Shown here: piece after piece, positions 16,015 to 33,395 of the stretch | Layout of the letters: each line of letters begins with the position of its first letter | How positions within the stretch are numbered: position 1 is the stretch's first letter | From: the human T2T-CHM13v2.0 reference genome, Homo sapiens | DNA: 64,000 nt | Direction: 5' to 3' (one strand) | Assembly: GCF_009914755.1 (NCBI RefSeq) | Contig: NC_060925.1 | The notes under the pieces: generated by a model | Told to the model about the DNA's origin: nothing | The model's database searches: none | What the model saw: only the letters and a program-made list of their open reading frames with translations | Program-made: the position numbers and the translations under genes

Positions 16015-16735
16015 ATACCAGTTAGAATGGCTATTACTAAAAAGGCAAAAAATAGCAGATGCTGGCAGGATTTTGGAGAAAAGGGAATGCCTATACACTG
16101 CTGGTAGAAATGTAAATTAACTCAACTATAGTGGAGAGTAGTGTGGCAATTTCTCAGAGACCTTAAAGGAGAATTACCATTTGATCCAGCAATGCTATTA
16201 TTGGGTATATACTCAAAGAAATATAAATTGTTTTATCATAAAGACACATGCACGTGTATGTTCATCACAGCACTGTTCACAATAGCAAAGTCATGGAATC
16301 AACCTAAACGTCTATCAATGGTAGATTGGATTTTAAAAATGTGGCACACATACATGATGGAATACTATGCTGTGATAAAAAGAATGAGATCATGTCCTTT
16401 GCAGCAAGATAGATGAAGCTGGAGGCCATAATCCTAAGTGAACTAACACAGAAACAGAAAACCAAATATGCATGTTTTCATAGGTGGAAGCTAAACATTG
16501 AGTACACATGGACACAAAGAAGGAAATGACAGACACTGGGGCTTACTTGAGGGTGGAAGGTGGGAGGAGGGAGAGGATCTAAAACTATTTGTGTACTTCA
16601 CTTATTACCTGGGTGATGAAATAATGTGTACACCAAACAACTGTGACATGCAATTTACCCATATGCCAAACCCGCACATGTACCTGTGAACCAAAAATAA
16701 TAATTAAAAACAAACAATGAAACAACAAAAAAGTG
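16015..16735 (+). mobile_element. L1PA15/16-like 3' fragment
   Basis: ORF 16141-16416 (ELPFDPAMLLLGIY...SWNQPK) plus 3'UTR ttacctgggtgatgaaataat...and A-rich tail. Confidence 0.88.
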
Positions 16736-16839
16736 GGGTCCCCAGAAAAAAAAAACTTTGAAAGAATGAAAAAAAAATCTCTAAAATGAATATTTACCCC
16801 CGAACACACTCTTCTATGTGATTTCCCTTTCAATGAGAA

Positions 16840-17090
16840 TAGCATGGTATAGTGGATGGTAGGTTCTAGGGCTTCACAGGACTTATTCTAGTTCTGGTGT
16901 CCCACCTATTAGCTATGTCCCCATAATCAAGTTACTTAACTTCTTTCAACCTCAGTACCTCAGTTCTTTCATTTTTATAATGAAAATAGTAATAATAATA
17001 ATTACATTTCACAGAAAATGCAAGGTTCAAATAAGAAAATATTTGCAGTTTTTAAAAATATAAGTGGAGAAATGCTATACAAAAGTTAAA
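16840..17090 (+). mobile_element. MIR
   Basis: agcatggtatagtggat...caagttacttaacttctttcaacctcagt...aaaatagtaataata. Confidence 0.6.
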
Positions 17091-17791
17091 TATTTAAACA
17101 TGAGAACAACTACAATTTTTAAAAACTGATTTACTCAGGGGATAGGGTAGCAATTAAAATTCAACCAGAACCAAAAAACAGCTAAAAAAATTAAAGGGGG
17201 GAAATAGAATGAGGGCATTTCATAGGTGGTTTCCGGTAAGAGGTAAATAAAAGTGGCTAATACTAATGTCCGAAATAAAATTTTGAAGATTTTCAGAGAT
17301 GAATCAGCAGCTTCCTCATCAAAGAGTGGGAAAATTGCTATCACTGTTTTAACATTGATAATTAAATCAAAATGACAATAAACTAATTGCTTGCTATTAG
17401 AAGGCAATAAATAAAACACAAGTTTATATTTGAAATACAGCAGACAATTTTAAGATTTTTTTCTTCTGCTGTGCATCACCTTCACTTTATTGTCACATCA
17501 ATTCTTTGGAACCACCTCTCACTTTTACTGTCTTTCTCCTTCTTGCCAGCTCCTCTCAGTTCTGACTTTAAATTTCTGCCTTTCCTCTCCTATGAGAATG
17601 ATCTTTTAAAACAACTTTGAAGATCTTTCTCAAAACAACTTGGAAGATTAGAGCATACAATCAGATCACTTATAATCTCAACTTAGATTGAATCGAGACG
17701 CAATTCCAGTTACAAGAAAACAAGGTTAATTCATAAATGAGAACTTCAATTGTACTTTAAAATATAAACTTATGCAGTACTTACTTAATTA

Positions 17792-18313
17792 TGTCATTGC
17801 ATGTTGCCTCCTGTTCAACAGCCATCTCTTTTTTCCTGCTCAGCGATGCTGTAAATCGGCTTTCTATCCCAGCTCCAGGGGGTGAATGTCAATTATTACA
17901 GTTAATCTAGAATCACAATAATTGCACTCCCTTCACCAGTGATTGGTTCCATCGGAGGCATGTTATGTAATCCTGGCCAACTAGGCTAGAGGGAAGTATG
18001 CTTCTGGACTTTTTGAGGAAAGATTTTTAATCCTGATAAAAAGAGCTAGGTGATGAGAAATAGCTCATTTATGCTTCTCCATATGATTGTGTGAGCACAT
18101 GACCTCTGGCTTCAGCAAAGACGAGGAGAGGCAATGCCTCCAGAGTAGAAAGGTTCGAGACTCCTGGATGATTTAGAAGAGCACTGGATTAGCACACTAT
18201 GAAAACGTCCACTTTCAGATGTGATATTATGTAAAGTAACAAATCCTTTATTGTTTAAGCCACTTTCAAATTTTGTTCCATTTTGCTTTTCCAGCTGAAA
18301 ACATCCTAAGACA
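17792..18313 (+). mobile_element. Ancient MLT1 LTR
   Basis: 3' end aaatcctttattgtttaagccact...cagctgaaaacatcctaagaca. Confidence 0.55.
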
Positions 18314-18480
18314 TGTAGTAAACTTTTGGTGAATTGAATTGTCTGGCTAACCAAAAGTTTTTAAAAATATCTTCCAGATTATCCTGAGAGAATACTAACA
18401 CTGCCATCCCCCAAGTTTGCCTGTGAAATTCTAATGAAATACAGAAATAAATGCAAACATTCAATCATATAAGAACTACC

Positions 18481-19387
18481 GGGAGGGAGGAGCCAAGATG
18501 GCCGAATAGGAACAGCTCCGGTCTACAGCTCCCAGCGTGAGCGACGCAGAAGACGGGTGATTTCTGCATTTCCCTCTGAGGTACCGGGTTCATCTCACTA
18601 GGGAGTGCCAGACAGTGGGCGCAGGTCAGTGGGTGCGTGCACCGTGCGTGAGCCAAAGCAGGGCGAGGCATTGCCTCACTCGGGAAGCGCAAGGGGTCAG
18701 GGAGTTCCCTTTCCTAGTCAAAGAAAGGGGTGACAGATGGCACCTGGAAAATCGGGTCACTCCCACCCGAATACTGCGCTTTTCCGACAGGCTTAAAAAC
18801 GGCGCACCACGAGATTATATCCCACACCTGGCCCGGAGGGTCCTACGCCCACGGAGTCTCCCTGATTGCTAGCACAGCAGTCTGAGATCAAACTGCAAGG
18901 CGGCAGCGAGGCTGGGGGAGGGGCGCCCACCATTGCCCAGGCTTGCTTAGGTAAACAAAGCAGCGGCCAAGCTCGAACTGGGTGGAGCCCATCACAGCGA
19001 AAGGAGGCCTGCCTGCCTCTGTAGGCTCCACCTCTGGGAGCAGGGCACAGACAAACAAAAAGACAGCAGTAACCTGCAGACTTAAATGTCCCTGTCTGAC
19101 AGCTTTGAAGAGAGCAGTGGTTCTCCCAGCACGCAGCTGGAGATCTGAGAATGGGCAGACTGCCTCCTCAAGTGGGTCCCTGACCCCTGACCCCTGAGCA
19201 GCCTAACTGGGAGGCACCCCCCCAGCAGGGGCAGACTGACACCTCACACGGCCGGGTACTCCAACAGACCTGCAGCTGAGCGTCCTGTCTGTTAGAAGGA
19301 AAACTAACAAACAGAAAGGACATCCACACCAAAAACCCATCTGTACATCACCATCATCAAAGACCAAAAGTACATAAAACCACAAAG
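18481..19387 (+). promoter_or_regulatory. L1 5'UTR: CpG-rich internal sense promoter plus antisense promoter
   Basis: Intact YY1 site caagatggccg near 18494; many CpGs retained. Confidence 0.85.
18793..18933 (-). pseudogene. ORF0: L1 ORF0, truncated to 46 aa
   Basis: Hand translation MVGAPPPASLPPCSLISDCCASNQGDSVGVGPSGPGVGYNLVVRRF*; a 1-bp loss in the A-run gives TAA at 18795-18793. Confidence 0.75.
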
Positions 19388-20403
19388 ATGGGTAAAAAAC
19401 AGAGCAGAAAAACTGGAAACTCTAAAAAGCAGAGCGCCTCTCCTCGTCCAAAGGAACACAGTTCCTCACCAGCAACGGAACAAAGCTGGACGGAGAATGA
19501 CTTTGACGAGCTGAGAGAAGAAGGCTTCAGACGATCAAATTACTCCGAGCTACGGAAGGACATTCAAACCAAAGGCAAAGAATTTGAAAACTTTGAAAAA
19601 AATTTAGACGAATGTATAACTAGAATAACCAATACAGAGAAGTGCTTAAAGGAGCTGATGGAGCTGAAAACCAAGGCTCGAGAACTACGTGAAGAATGCA
19701 GAAGCCTCAGGAGCCGATGCGATCAACTGGAAGAAAGGGTTTCAGCAATGGAAGATGAAATGAATGAAATGAAGTGAGAAGGGAAGTTTAGAGAAAAAAG
19801 AATAAAAAGAGATGAGCAAAGCCTCCAAGAAATATGGGACTATGTGAAAAGACCAAATCTACGTCTGATTGGTGTACCTGAAAGTGATGGGGAGAATGGA
19901 ACCAAGTTGGAAAACACTCTGCAGGATATCATCCAGGAGAACTTCCCCAATCTGGCAAGGCAGGCCAACTTCAGATTCAGGAAATACAGAGAACACCACA
20001 AAGATACTCCTTGAGAAGAGCAACTCCAAGACACATAATTGTCAGATTCACCAAAGTTGGAATGAAGGAAAAAATGTTAAGGGCAGCCAGAGACAAAGGT
20101 CGGGTTACCCTCAAAGAGAAGCCCATCAGACTAACAGCGGATCTCTCGGCAGAAACCCTACAAGCCAGAAGAGAGTGGGGGCCAATATTCAACATTCTTA
20201 AAGAAAAGAATTTTCAACCCAGAATTTCATATCCATCCAAACTAAGCTTCATAAGTGAAGGAGAAATAAAATACTTTACAGACAAGCAAATGCTGAGAGA
20301 TTTTGTCACCACCAGGCCTGCCCTAAAAGAGCTCCTGAAGGAAGCGCTAAACATGGAAAGGAACAACCGATACCAGCCACTGCAAAATCATGCCAAAATG
20401 TAA
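19388..20403 (+). pseudogene. ORF1: L1 ORF1p (RNA-binding chaperone), disrupted
   Basis: MGKKQSRKTGNSK...; CGA>TGA stop at 19775-19777; 1-bp deletion near 19970; C-terminus ...RYQPLQNHAKM* in ORF 20011-20403. Confidence 0.95.
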
Positions 20404-20466
20404 AGACCATCGAGACTAGGAAGAAACTACATCAACTAACGAACAAAATAACCAACTAACATCATA

Positions 20467-24291
<3,825 letters not shown>

Positions 24292-24559
24292 ACAATGAGA
24301 ACACATGGACACAGGAAGGGGAACATCACACTCTGGGGACTGTTGTGGGGTGGGGGGAGGGGGGAGGAATAGCATTGGGAGATATACCTAATGCTAGATG
24401 ACGAGTTAGTGGGTGCAGTGCACCAGCATGGCACATGTATACATATGTAACTAACCTGCACATTGTGCACATGTACACTAAAACTTAAAGTATAATAACA
24501 ATAAATAAACAAACAAATTAAAAAAAAAGAACTACCAAACTTCTAAAAGAATCTAAAAT

Positions 24560-25390
24560 ACCCAAAACATAAAAGATTATATATAATATTTTGAAGAAAA
24601 TTTAGATGACATCAGATACAAGGTTTGGTAGACTTGACCATATAAAAATTTAAACTCCTAAACATGACAACTATTTCCATAATCAAAATTAGTTTAGAAA
24701 AACAAATTAGGAAAAATATAGGCAACATATATATAACAAAATGTTAACATCCTTAATATAGGAAGATATCATATAAGTCAATAAGAAAAGGGCATTAAAA
24801 GGAAAAAAAGGTTAAAAGCATACCCATTCAATATACAAAAATTGAAACTTCATAATTAATATAACAAAAATAAAGAAACAAGGAAACTCTATTCTTTGAT
24901 TATCAATTTGTCAAGATTGTTAATGTTAATGAAGGCATGGTGAAATGGGTATCTTACAAGATAGAACTGTGTTGCAACTTTTCCTGATTAAAATTTGGTA
25001 ACTAATACCAAAAGTTAACAATATTCATCATTTTGACCCAATTATTTTGCTTTGGGGTACTTGTCATTAAGAAAATAGTCAAAACTATTTACAACGTTAT
25101 ATGCATAGTAACTCCCATTTCTGATTTTATATACACATATATATACACACATATACATATATGCCCCCAAACTATGGCACTTATTATTTAAAAGTTAGTA
25201 CTTCCATAGGAAAAATTTCTATGCCACAACTAAAAACCATTTTTAATAAGCAACATGCAATAAAGTTTGTGATAAAAAGTGAAAAAATTGGATTCAATAT
25301 TCCATATATACAGTATGATCTTGATTTTAAATGTGTTCTACATACATTTCACCCAAAGTTTGCAAACACAAAGCTCAAGTGTACAATGGA
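24560..25390 (+). mobile_element. Highly diverged L1M fragments
   Basis: A-rich L1-like text (ataagtcaataagaaaa, ttttgacccaattattttgctttgggg); boundaries uncertain. Confidence 0.45.
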
Positions 25391-26999
25391 ATTTTAGTTA
25401 AATTTTGGTGGAAAATTGGGTTGGTGAGGTTCCGATAAATAAAACAGAGAAAAGAAAACAATTTGCAGTTCAGTGGCAGATATTACTATTTCTAAAAATC
25501 TAGCACATACCAATCTTCCATTTCTTTTTAGTTTCTCACTGGCTGTGTAGCTCTGTGCATTCCCAGGTCCCCACCATGATGATAGGCCTCCTTGCAAATC
25601 TTGAGCTACTACATTTCCTGTTACTTTTTCTTCAAAGAAATACATCTCCCCCTTTGTCTTGTCCTTGTCCATCCAAGTCATGTTCTGTGAAAGTGTATTG
25701 GGAGTATGTGGTAACAATCCTACCTATTGACACCAAAAAGGCTTGTCAAGTGCTTTCCATCCTGCTTCCCCTCAAATAAATCAGAAGAACCATCTATCAT
25801 AATCTGCCATTAATCAAGAAGGCAGGAGCAGCGGCTGTGAGTTTTTAAAAATTATTTTTATTTAAAAATAGCATTTCTTATACCTGATCAATAACTATGT
25901 GTATATATTTATATCTTTAGCAATACTTATTTCTGGAAAGGATTACTGAAGATTTTTATCTTTGTTTTTATGTTTTTTTCCTATTTACAAAAAACCTCTG
26001 TAATAAGTATGCAATCAGAAAACAAACCAAAATGATTTTCTAATGTTTTTCTATTCTGTTTATTGAAAATGCATGTAAAGCATGCTGAAATACTCTCTTG
26101 CATTTGTAATATTGACTCACAAATGTAACTGAATCTTTAATGAGTTTGGATAAAACAATAATTTTTGAAGCAGTAAGGATCATCAGTAGGAAAAAGACAC
26201 TGCTTCTTACTGCAAAATTCTATTGAGGTAGAAAGAAATTGAGGATCATTACAATGGACTTTTGTTCAAAAGGTGCATCATTCTCTAGTTTAATGGACTT
26301 GTAAATGAGTCTGAACATGAGTCTAAATGAACAAGAGCCTAAAGTGAACTTGACAGTTGACATTTTAAAATAATAGTGGGCTATCAATTTATTTTCTTGT
26401 CATCCATTTCTCTCTGCTGGAAGAGACTACACATGCACAGGAAGAATCATGATTCGAGAGTTGTAGTTCATTAGATAAGGCTGTGTGTGTGCATGTGCAT
26501 GTATTTGCACATATGTGTGTTTATGAAGGAATAGCCCTGATCTTTGGATTGAACTGTGTATTATATAATTGATTGTATGTTGCACAATGCTCTCAGAATC
26601 AAACTTTGAATTAATTTATTTATAAAATTTTCCCAAACTTTCAGTCTCTCAGAGCCTACCTCTTCTGTCAATATTTATTCATATTAACCTATATTTCATT
26701 TATCCCATTCCCTTCATCTTTCCTTAACTGCCCAGTGCTTAAAATGCCATTTGACTAACAGTATTGTTATACGTTCATCTTTAAACAGAGAGAGGATTTC
26801 CTACCCATCCCTGTACCTAAACCCAGAAAAGAAGAAACAGGGCTGATTTTCCTGTTCTCCAGACTACTTGAAAGCTAATTTTCTCAGCTTCTTGAATCAT
26901 ATCTCTGACTAACATTTGGGCTAGTCATGAAGAGAAGAAAAGGAAGTGACAAAGAAGACGCTCTGGAATAAACCCTAGGAAGTATGTGCCTGGCTGGGT

Positions 27000-27400
27000 G
27001 ATCTAGTAAAACAGCCTGGGGTTTTTTTGTCAGGCAGTTCTAGCCCCCATACCTTCTTTCTATGTGACCATGAATATGTCATTAAAACTGAGTCTCAGCT
27101 CCTTCACTGTAAAATAGGACAATATGTTTACCTAGCAGGGTTATTATAGTATTAGAAACATTATATGTAAATAATTATGATTGTATGCCTATATCATGTA
27201 TCTAATATCAAATATGTCCCCCAATATTAAATATTCAAGTAAACATTTAACTTTGAACAAGTGATTAAATTTCTCCGGGCTTCAGTTTTTTTTTTTTTTT
27301 TTTTTTTGTACCTGCAGTGTGAACAATGCTTTTCCTCACTTACCTCCAGTTTTCATTGATCTATAAAAAGATAATGCAAGGGATACGCTGTGTTTATTTT
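27000..27400 (+). mobile_element. Two MIR fragments with a poly(T) run (~27286-27308)
   Basis: tgtgaccatgaatatgtcatt...ctgtaaaatagg; aacaagtgattaaatttctccgggcttcagttt. Confidence 0.55.
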
Positions 27401-29232
27401 TGATGCCAAAAAAATTGATTATATTTTTCAGGACTCATTTCTTTAACCGATTGTTTACATAATTACCATCCAAGATTACTATGAAGATTAAGTACATAAA
27501 GTGATCCAAAAATATTAACTATCATCATCACCTACATTAAGTAATTTTATCTTCCTTACATTGTCAGACCTTGTTCCTGATTTTTGGTGTGAAAAATATT
27601 TCTGTTAAATGTGGGCAAAATTTAGCTGTTCTATCTGGGTCCACACTATCTGGGAAGGCCCTTTTGATTCTCCTGGAGGTTCTGTCAACCATTTGTAGGA
27701 GCAGCATAGGCACACTGGCTATGATCCTCCTATGACACTTGTTCTCTGTGTTCTGGATACTCTGGCAACTGTGCAAATTATTTCATTGCTGAAAACTCTC
27801 CACTCACCATGAACACCACAGGGCGCTTGAGCACTCATGGCCAAAATCATTAAAACCCAGTCTATGGAAACATATGAACATGGAAAGGACAGTGTCCCTT
27901 CACTAGCAGCAAGGATTTGCACTGTCAGAGTACAGATCAGGCAAAGCTCCAGGCTGGCTCTCCTGCTGAGTACACTGGCATTTCCAAACTAGTCATGTTA
28001 ACATGTATCCCCTCAGCCACTGATCAGATTTTTAGTCATCTAATTACACTGTAAAAATGGGCTTTTCTTCCATGGACAGCTTTGTGAACTCTTTTAAGAA
28101 GAGAAATAAAATAGATCAGAGAAACCTGCTTCTCTTAAAACTATATAAAATGATAGCTGCTGATTTTCAGGGGAAAACAAGTAAACTGAAAGGTAATTGA
28201 AAGGTAAAGTGGGAACCAGGGAATAATAAAGGCAAGCAGAGCTGTAATGAGAGTTATCCAATTATAATTGTGGGGAATAAGAAATGATTCTCCATCAAGC
28301 TCTGTATCGCAAAAAAGCATTCATTTAAGGCCTTCAATTGTGAATAATTTTTCCAAAGATTTAAGTGAGGTTACAATAGGTGGTATACAAACAATCAGTT
28401 AATGAAATGAGCCATAAGCAGGATGAGTAGTTCTAATATTAACTATAAATTCAGCTTCTCCCTTGCTTTCTCTTCTTACAGAGCAACGAGAAATGAAAGC
28501 TGGTTGATGGATATAAATAAAACAAGTATATGTGCAGTACAGTAGAATTGCTTAACCGGAAGCCTGGGGTCAGTCATCTGAATTACAGGCAATAGAGTCT
28601 GACTGTCTGGAGATAACAGATTTGCAAAACCTGAAAATCAAAGCTCATACTCTTATTTCATATATGGACTCCTAAAGTGTAATTTTTTATTTTAAGAAAG
28701 AATCTTAACAGCTATTTGGTGGCTTTTTAAAGATTATTAAAGACAAATTCCTTTTTGGATCTTAAATAAGATAGAATACAGAAAAGTTTAAATGAAAGAA
28801 TTAACCAATAGTAATCCCAGCACACAGAAATAACCACTGTTGGCTATTTTATGTATTTCATTCTAATCTTTTTTTGTTGGATGCATATATATAAATCTAT
28901 TAAAAATGATTCTCACTTTAAAATTTATATTCTGCCTTTTTCATACTGATTGTTATTTTAAGCACAGAGCTAACAAGTTTGATTGTCTAAAATATTCACA
29001 GCATTTTGTGAACAGCAAACTAGAAGAGAGATTCAAGGATGGTTACAGGAGAATAAGCTCTCAACTGTAAAATGAATGTCCATGAGTGAAGTAAGTTAGA
29101 AAAAGCCTTGGTGAATAAAATAAGAAAAACATCAGGATTAGAGGGGAAACTCAGAGAATGTACAATTCAACTCTGGTGCAAATGTTTAATTCCGTCTAAA
29201 GCAGCCTTGCTAAAAGTATTCCTTTAGCAGTA

Positions 29233-29408
29233 CAGACAGTCCCTGACTTAATGATGGTTTGGCCTACAATGTTTTGAGCATGTTTAAGGTATGCTAGGCT
29301 AAGCTATGATGATCAGTAGATTAGGCATATTAAATGCACTTTCAGCTTATGACATTTTCAATTTAGAATGAGTTTATTAGGATGTAACTCTGTCTTGAGA
29401 GGTGTCTG
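29233..29408. mobile_element. MER47-like TcMar-Tigger MITE
   Basis: TA|cagaca...tgtctg|TA termini; atgtttaaggtatgctaggctaagctatgatg. Confidence 0.7.
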
Positions 29409-31692
29409 TATTTCCCAATGGAGCGCTTTCCATTTTCAGACAGTTCTTACATTAGCTAGAGCAATGCTAGTGTTTATAAAAGATAAAGTGTTCAAATCTA
29501 GTTAAATAGCATCCAAAATATGTTGCCTAATTAATGACAGGCTCCCCTCCACATATTGATTCTGGGCCTAGGCTCCTTCCATCTTTGGCACATAGCTTCA
29601 AAGGCTTCCAAGTTCATCAGCATCAAGCCAGTGGAAGAAGAAAGAGCATAGCGGACTGTGCAAAGAAGGTGTTCATGGGCCAGGCCTGAAAACAGCCCAC
29701 GTCACACACCCTTGGTCAGAACTTAATCACAAGCACACACCTAACGCAAGGGAGTCTGGAAAATGTTATCAAAATGTCGGCCCCAGATGAGGAGAAATAG
29801 GTTTGGAAAATAGGGCCAATCTCTGCCATAGTTCTATTCATTAAAAAGTTCATCCTCAAAATGAGCCAAAATTCTGCATAAATTGCTTCTGATTTTTTCC
29901 TCCAGGACAACATAATTCTCATCCCACTTCCACAAGATAACCCTTTAAATGCTCAAAAAAATAATTTTGTATCTCTCGTATGTCTTATTTTGTTCAATGT
30001 AAATACTCCAGGTTTTCTTCTTTTTTTTTTTAATGTGACATTGCTATTAGAGTCATTTGGAGTTGTCATAGAAATAAGCAAATTTATGTGCTTTCATACT
30101 CCTTTAAGGCGTGATTTTTTAGGCAAAACATAACCAATATGCATAATAAAACTCTTTAGTCATCTAGAAACTATTTAAGATCACAGGCAAAGTATGTAAC
30201 ACATTTTTAAAATGACATGCAATGAGATGGTAGAATGGAAATTGTTTGCCCTATGTTAGTATCAACTAAAGCACCCATATAGATATCAGGACACCAAGAT
30301 GAGCCAAAGACAGAGTGCCCAAATCTATATGCTCCCCATATGCAGATTTATAAAGAAAATGATCCTGAGAAACTAGTCCAAGTCTCTTAGATCCTTCAGC
30401 CAGATGAAAGATTAAAAATGGGGTCAGAAAGAAAAAATAGAAAAGGAGATGTCTTTGAGGAGTGCATTTGTCTCACTGTGAGTCTCTACCTGACCCAACT
30501 TTGGAGCAGAAGTAAAGTGGCAATCTTTTCACATCTAGTCTAGTGAGGCGATCTTCAAAGGGACCACTTGGAGAAAATGTATGTGTTCTCTGCAAGTGAG
30601 AGATGCCAAGAATATTGATATCTAAGAAAGCAAGAACTGAGGTCTCACTAAAGGGTGATAAAGAGACTGACTGGTTAAAGGCTCAGAGCCAGAAGGGCAC
30701 TCTCACATTGGGATCAGCCTTTACTCCAAAGTTTGTCAGAGCAAACAATGAAAGAATGTTTCCTGTGGGCCATGTGTAGGCCTCACAGGAGAGTATCAAT
30801 CAGTGTGGAGCTTCTTGGGGCCTACCCAATAGAGGGACCTAGAAAAGCAAGAAGATACCTGGAAGCTGAGAAAGTCATCACAAGTCTTATAATCTAGAAA
30901 AGGGATGCATCTGCCCAGGTCAAAAGAAATGGAAGAGCAAGGAATCAGCACAGCACATTCATAGAGCCCACAAAAGCACCCCAAGAGAAAGTCAGCCTTG
31001 ATGATCTGTTAGGCCCATCCTGTTAGGATGGTTAAAGTCGATGCCAATTTAACCATCCACTTGGGACACAAGGCATAAAGCTACACAGCCAAGTAAACAC
31101 TGTTCTATCCCCTTACCTCATCTCCCATATGGCACCATATGCAAACTATAGGTACTGCGTGGAGACCAGATGAGCAGGAACAGGAGGAGAAGAAGAAACT
31201 CACAATGCCTCATCCCCACTGTGGCCTCCAGTCTTAAGCAGACCCAGAGAGGGGAGGCAACAATGGGTGAGTTCAGAGTTACGATTAAAATCCGACGTGG
31301 CAGTCCAAACACTGAATTGAGACTGTTCTTACTACATGAAGTAACCTTCAAGACTAAGCAGAATATTTATGGAACCTCCCCAATTTGCCTCCATGGATAG
31401 GGGAAGATGATCACAAGTCATTCTTGTCCAACATACTGATTCCATTTGGGTATTTGGAAAATTCACTAATGTGGAACATCTCTTTCCCAGATGATTATGG
31501 ATAAAAGGAATTTAGTGTAGCCACAGGATATTTATGACATGAAATGAACAAATAGGTACATTCCTGCATTAGAATGGGATTGGCTATGGTAACAAATAAC
31601 CCCAGAAACCATAGTGTTCTTATGCATAAAAGTTTACTTCTCATTCACAAAGTCTTCTTTAGATCACACAACTCTCCAAGGCTATTCCTTTC

Positions 31693-32054
31693 TGCTATAA
31701 GCTGAATGTTTGTGTCCCCCCCACAATTCGTAAGTTGAAACCCTAACCTCCACTGGTGACATTAGGGGGTGGGGCCTTTGGGAGGTGATTAGATCATGAG
31801 AGTGGAGCCCTCATGAATGAAATTAGTGCCTTATAGAAAGACATCAGAGCATTTGCTTTTACTCTGCTCTCCATCATGTGAGGATACAAGAAGTTAGCAG
31901 TCTGTAACCCAGAAGAGAGCCTTCACCAGAACCCAATCATGCTGGCACCCTGATCTTGGAGTTTCAGCCTCCAGAATTGTGAGAAATAAATGTCTGTTTT
32001 TATAAGCACCCACTCTATTTGTAATGTATTATACCAGCCCAACTGACCAAGGCA
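31693..32054 (+). mobile_element. MLT1A/MSTD-type LTR nested in an older antisense MLT1 (~31562-32325)
   Basis: tgctataagctgaatgtttgtgtcccc...gaccaaggca; TSD ctttc/ccttc. Confidence 0.8.
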
Positions 32055-33189
32055 CCTTCCAAGCAGGGATCCAGCCTCCTTCCATTCTGAGTCTATGCAC
32101 CAAACAAAGAGCTTCCAAAGTCACAAAAGACAGAATCTGCAGAGCTCACACCTGCTCTTAAATGCTGCAGAGCGAAAATAACTCATGTCACTTTTGCTCA
32201 CAGACCACTGTCTGGAACTTAGTCACATGGCTCCATCTGACATAAGGGCCTGGGATGTCTTCCTGTGTGCCCAGGAAGGAAAGGAAAGCTGAATGTGATA
32301 AGCACTAGTTATTTCTATCACAAATCTGCACAGCAGCTGCAACACTGATAAGAAGAACATTTAATGTTGCACCACTAGAAGGGTTGTAAGATCCAGTTTT
32401 CAGCTCAGGTCTCTCTTGGGAAGTGACTCTTCACACCAAAAAAAAGAGAGAAATGAAATAATACATTCTTTAATTATAGTGGAAATATATAATCTAAACA
32501 GAGAATACACATATAAAGAGATAAGAACAGTCAGGTTACCAAGAATGTTGCAGGTTTAAATAAAGACATATCATTATTAAGTTAAATATTAGAGACTAGC
32601 AAGTTTCAAAGTATGTTTGGAGAAACACTCTCTGAAGAGATCAACTGATGCAAATTAGTATTTGAAGTACATATTAAGTATGAGCATTAAACAGAGACAT
32701 ATGCAATTCATGCTGAGTGTTTTGAAAGAGCAATAATAAAATATACTTATTGTAATAACAGGGTAAATAGACTCAATATGCTCAAAAATGGGGAAGGTAA
32801 AAAGACATTTTATCTTTACTAAAAATGCATTATTAATATCATTTTATAGACGAAGAAAGAGGGGACTCAGAAGGTCATATCAGGATTCTTTTAGCTGCAA
32901 GCAACAGAAACTCTTTTGCTTAAACAACATAGAAATGCACTATCTCACTTAACGGTGAGTCTAGAGGTCCAGAGGTGGGGCACACTCCAGGAATCAAGTC
33001 TTTACCATGTTACCAGGGCCCCATATTATTTCCATCTTTCCATTGTGTCACCCATAGCATCAGCTGATTCCTCTTTTGGTCCTAAGATGGCTGCTACCAG
33101 AAATGCTCCCCACTTTATACCCAGCAGGAGAGAGAGAAAAAAAAAACCTGCTTTCCTCTTCTTCAAAAGCCACCTGTTTCTCATTAGGC

Positions 33190-33395
33190 TAGTGGTTCAC
33201 AACTGGGAACAATTATGCCTCCACAAAGGAAATTTGGTGATGTCTGGAGACATTTTTGGTTGTTGTGACTGGGAGCAGTGGTGTTCCTGGCATCTGGTGG
33301 GTAGGGTTGCTACACAGGATATGCACAGGATAGCCTCCCACAACAAAGCATGATCCAATACAAAATAGCAATAGTGCTGAGGTGGAGAAACCCTG
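33190..33395 (+). mobile_element. MER20 (hAT-Charlie) nested in an old MLT1 (~32878-33480)
   Basis: tagtggttcacaac...gagaaaccctg; 8-bp TSD cattaggc/tattagac. Confidence 0.85.

Noticed and set aside
24347-24368. G-quadruplex-forming tract (also ~4650-4672)
   Set aside because: Standard, well-described L1PA 3'UTR feature
24527-24700. 3' transduction after the full-length L1
   Set aside because: The TSD follows the poly(A) immediately, leaving no transduced segment
27337-27375. 17-nt minus-strand microexon (tttttatag|...GAG|gtaagt)
   Set aside because: Lies in a MIR, whose antisense strand often mimics donor sites; not frame-preserving
27568-27735. Acceptor followed by ~55 open codons
   Set aside because: No donor before the stop and no recognisable peptide
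30260-31420. Possible ancient Gypsy-like LTR
   Set aside because: Only a vague resemblance; no termini or TSD could be defined
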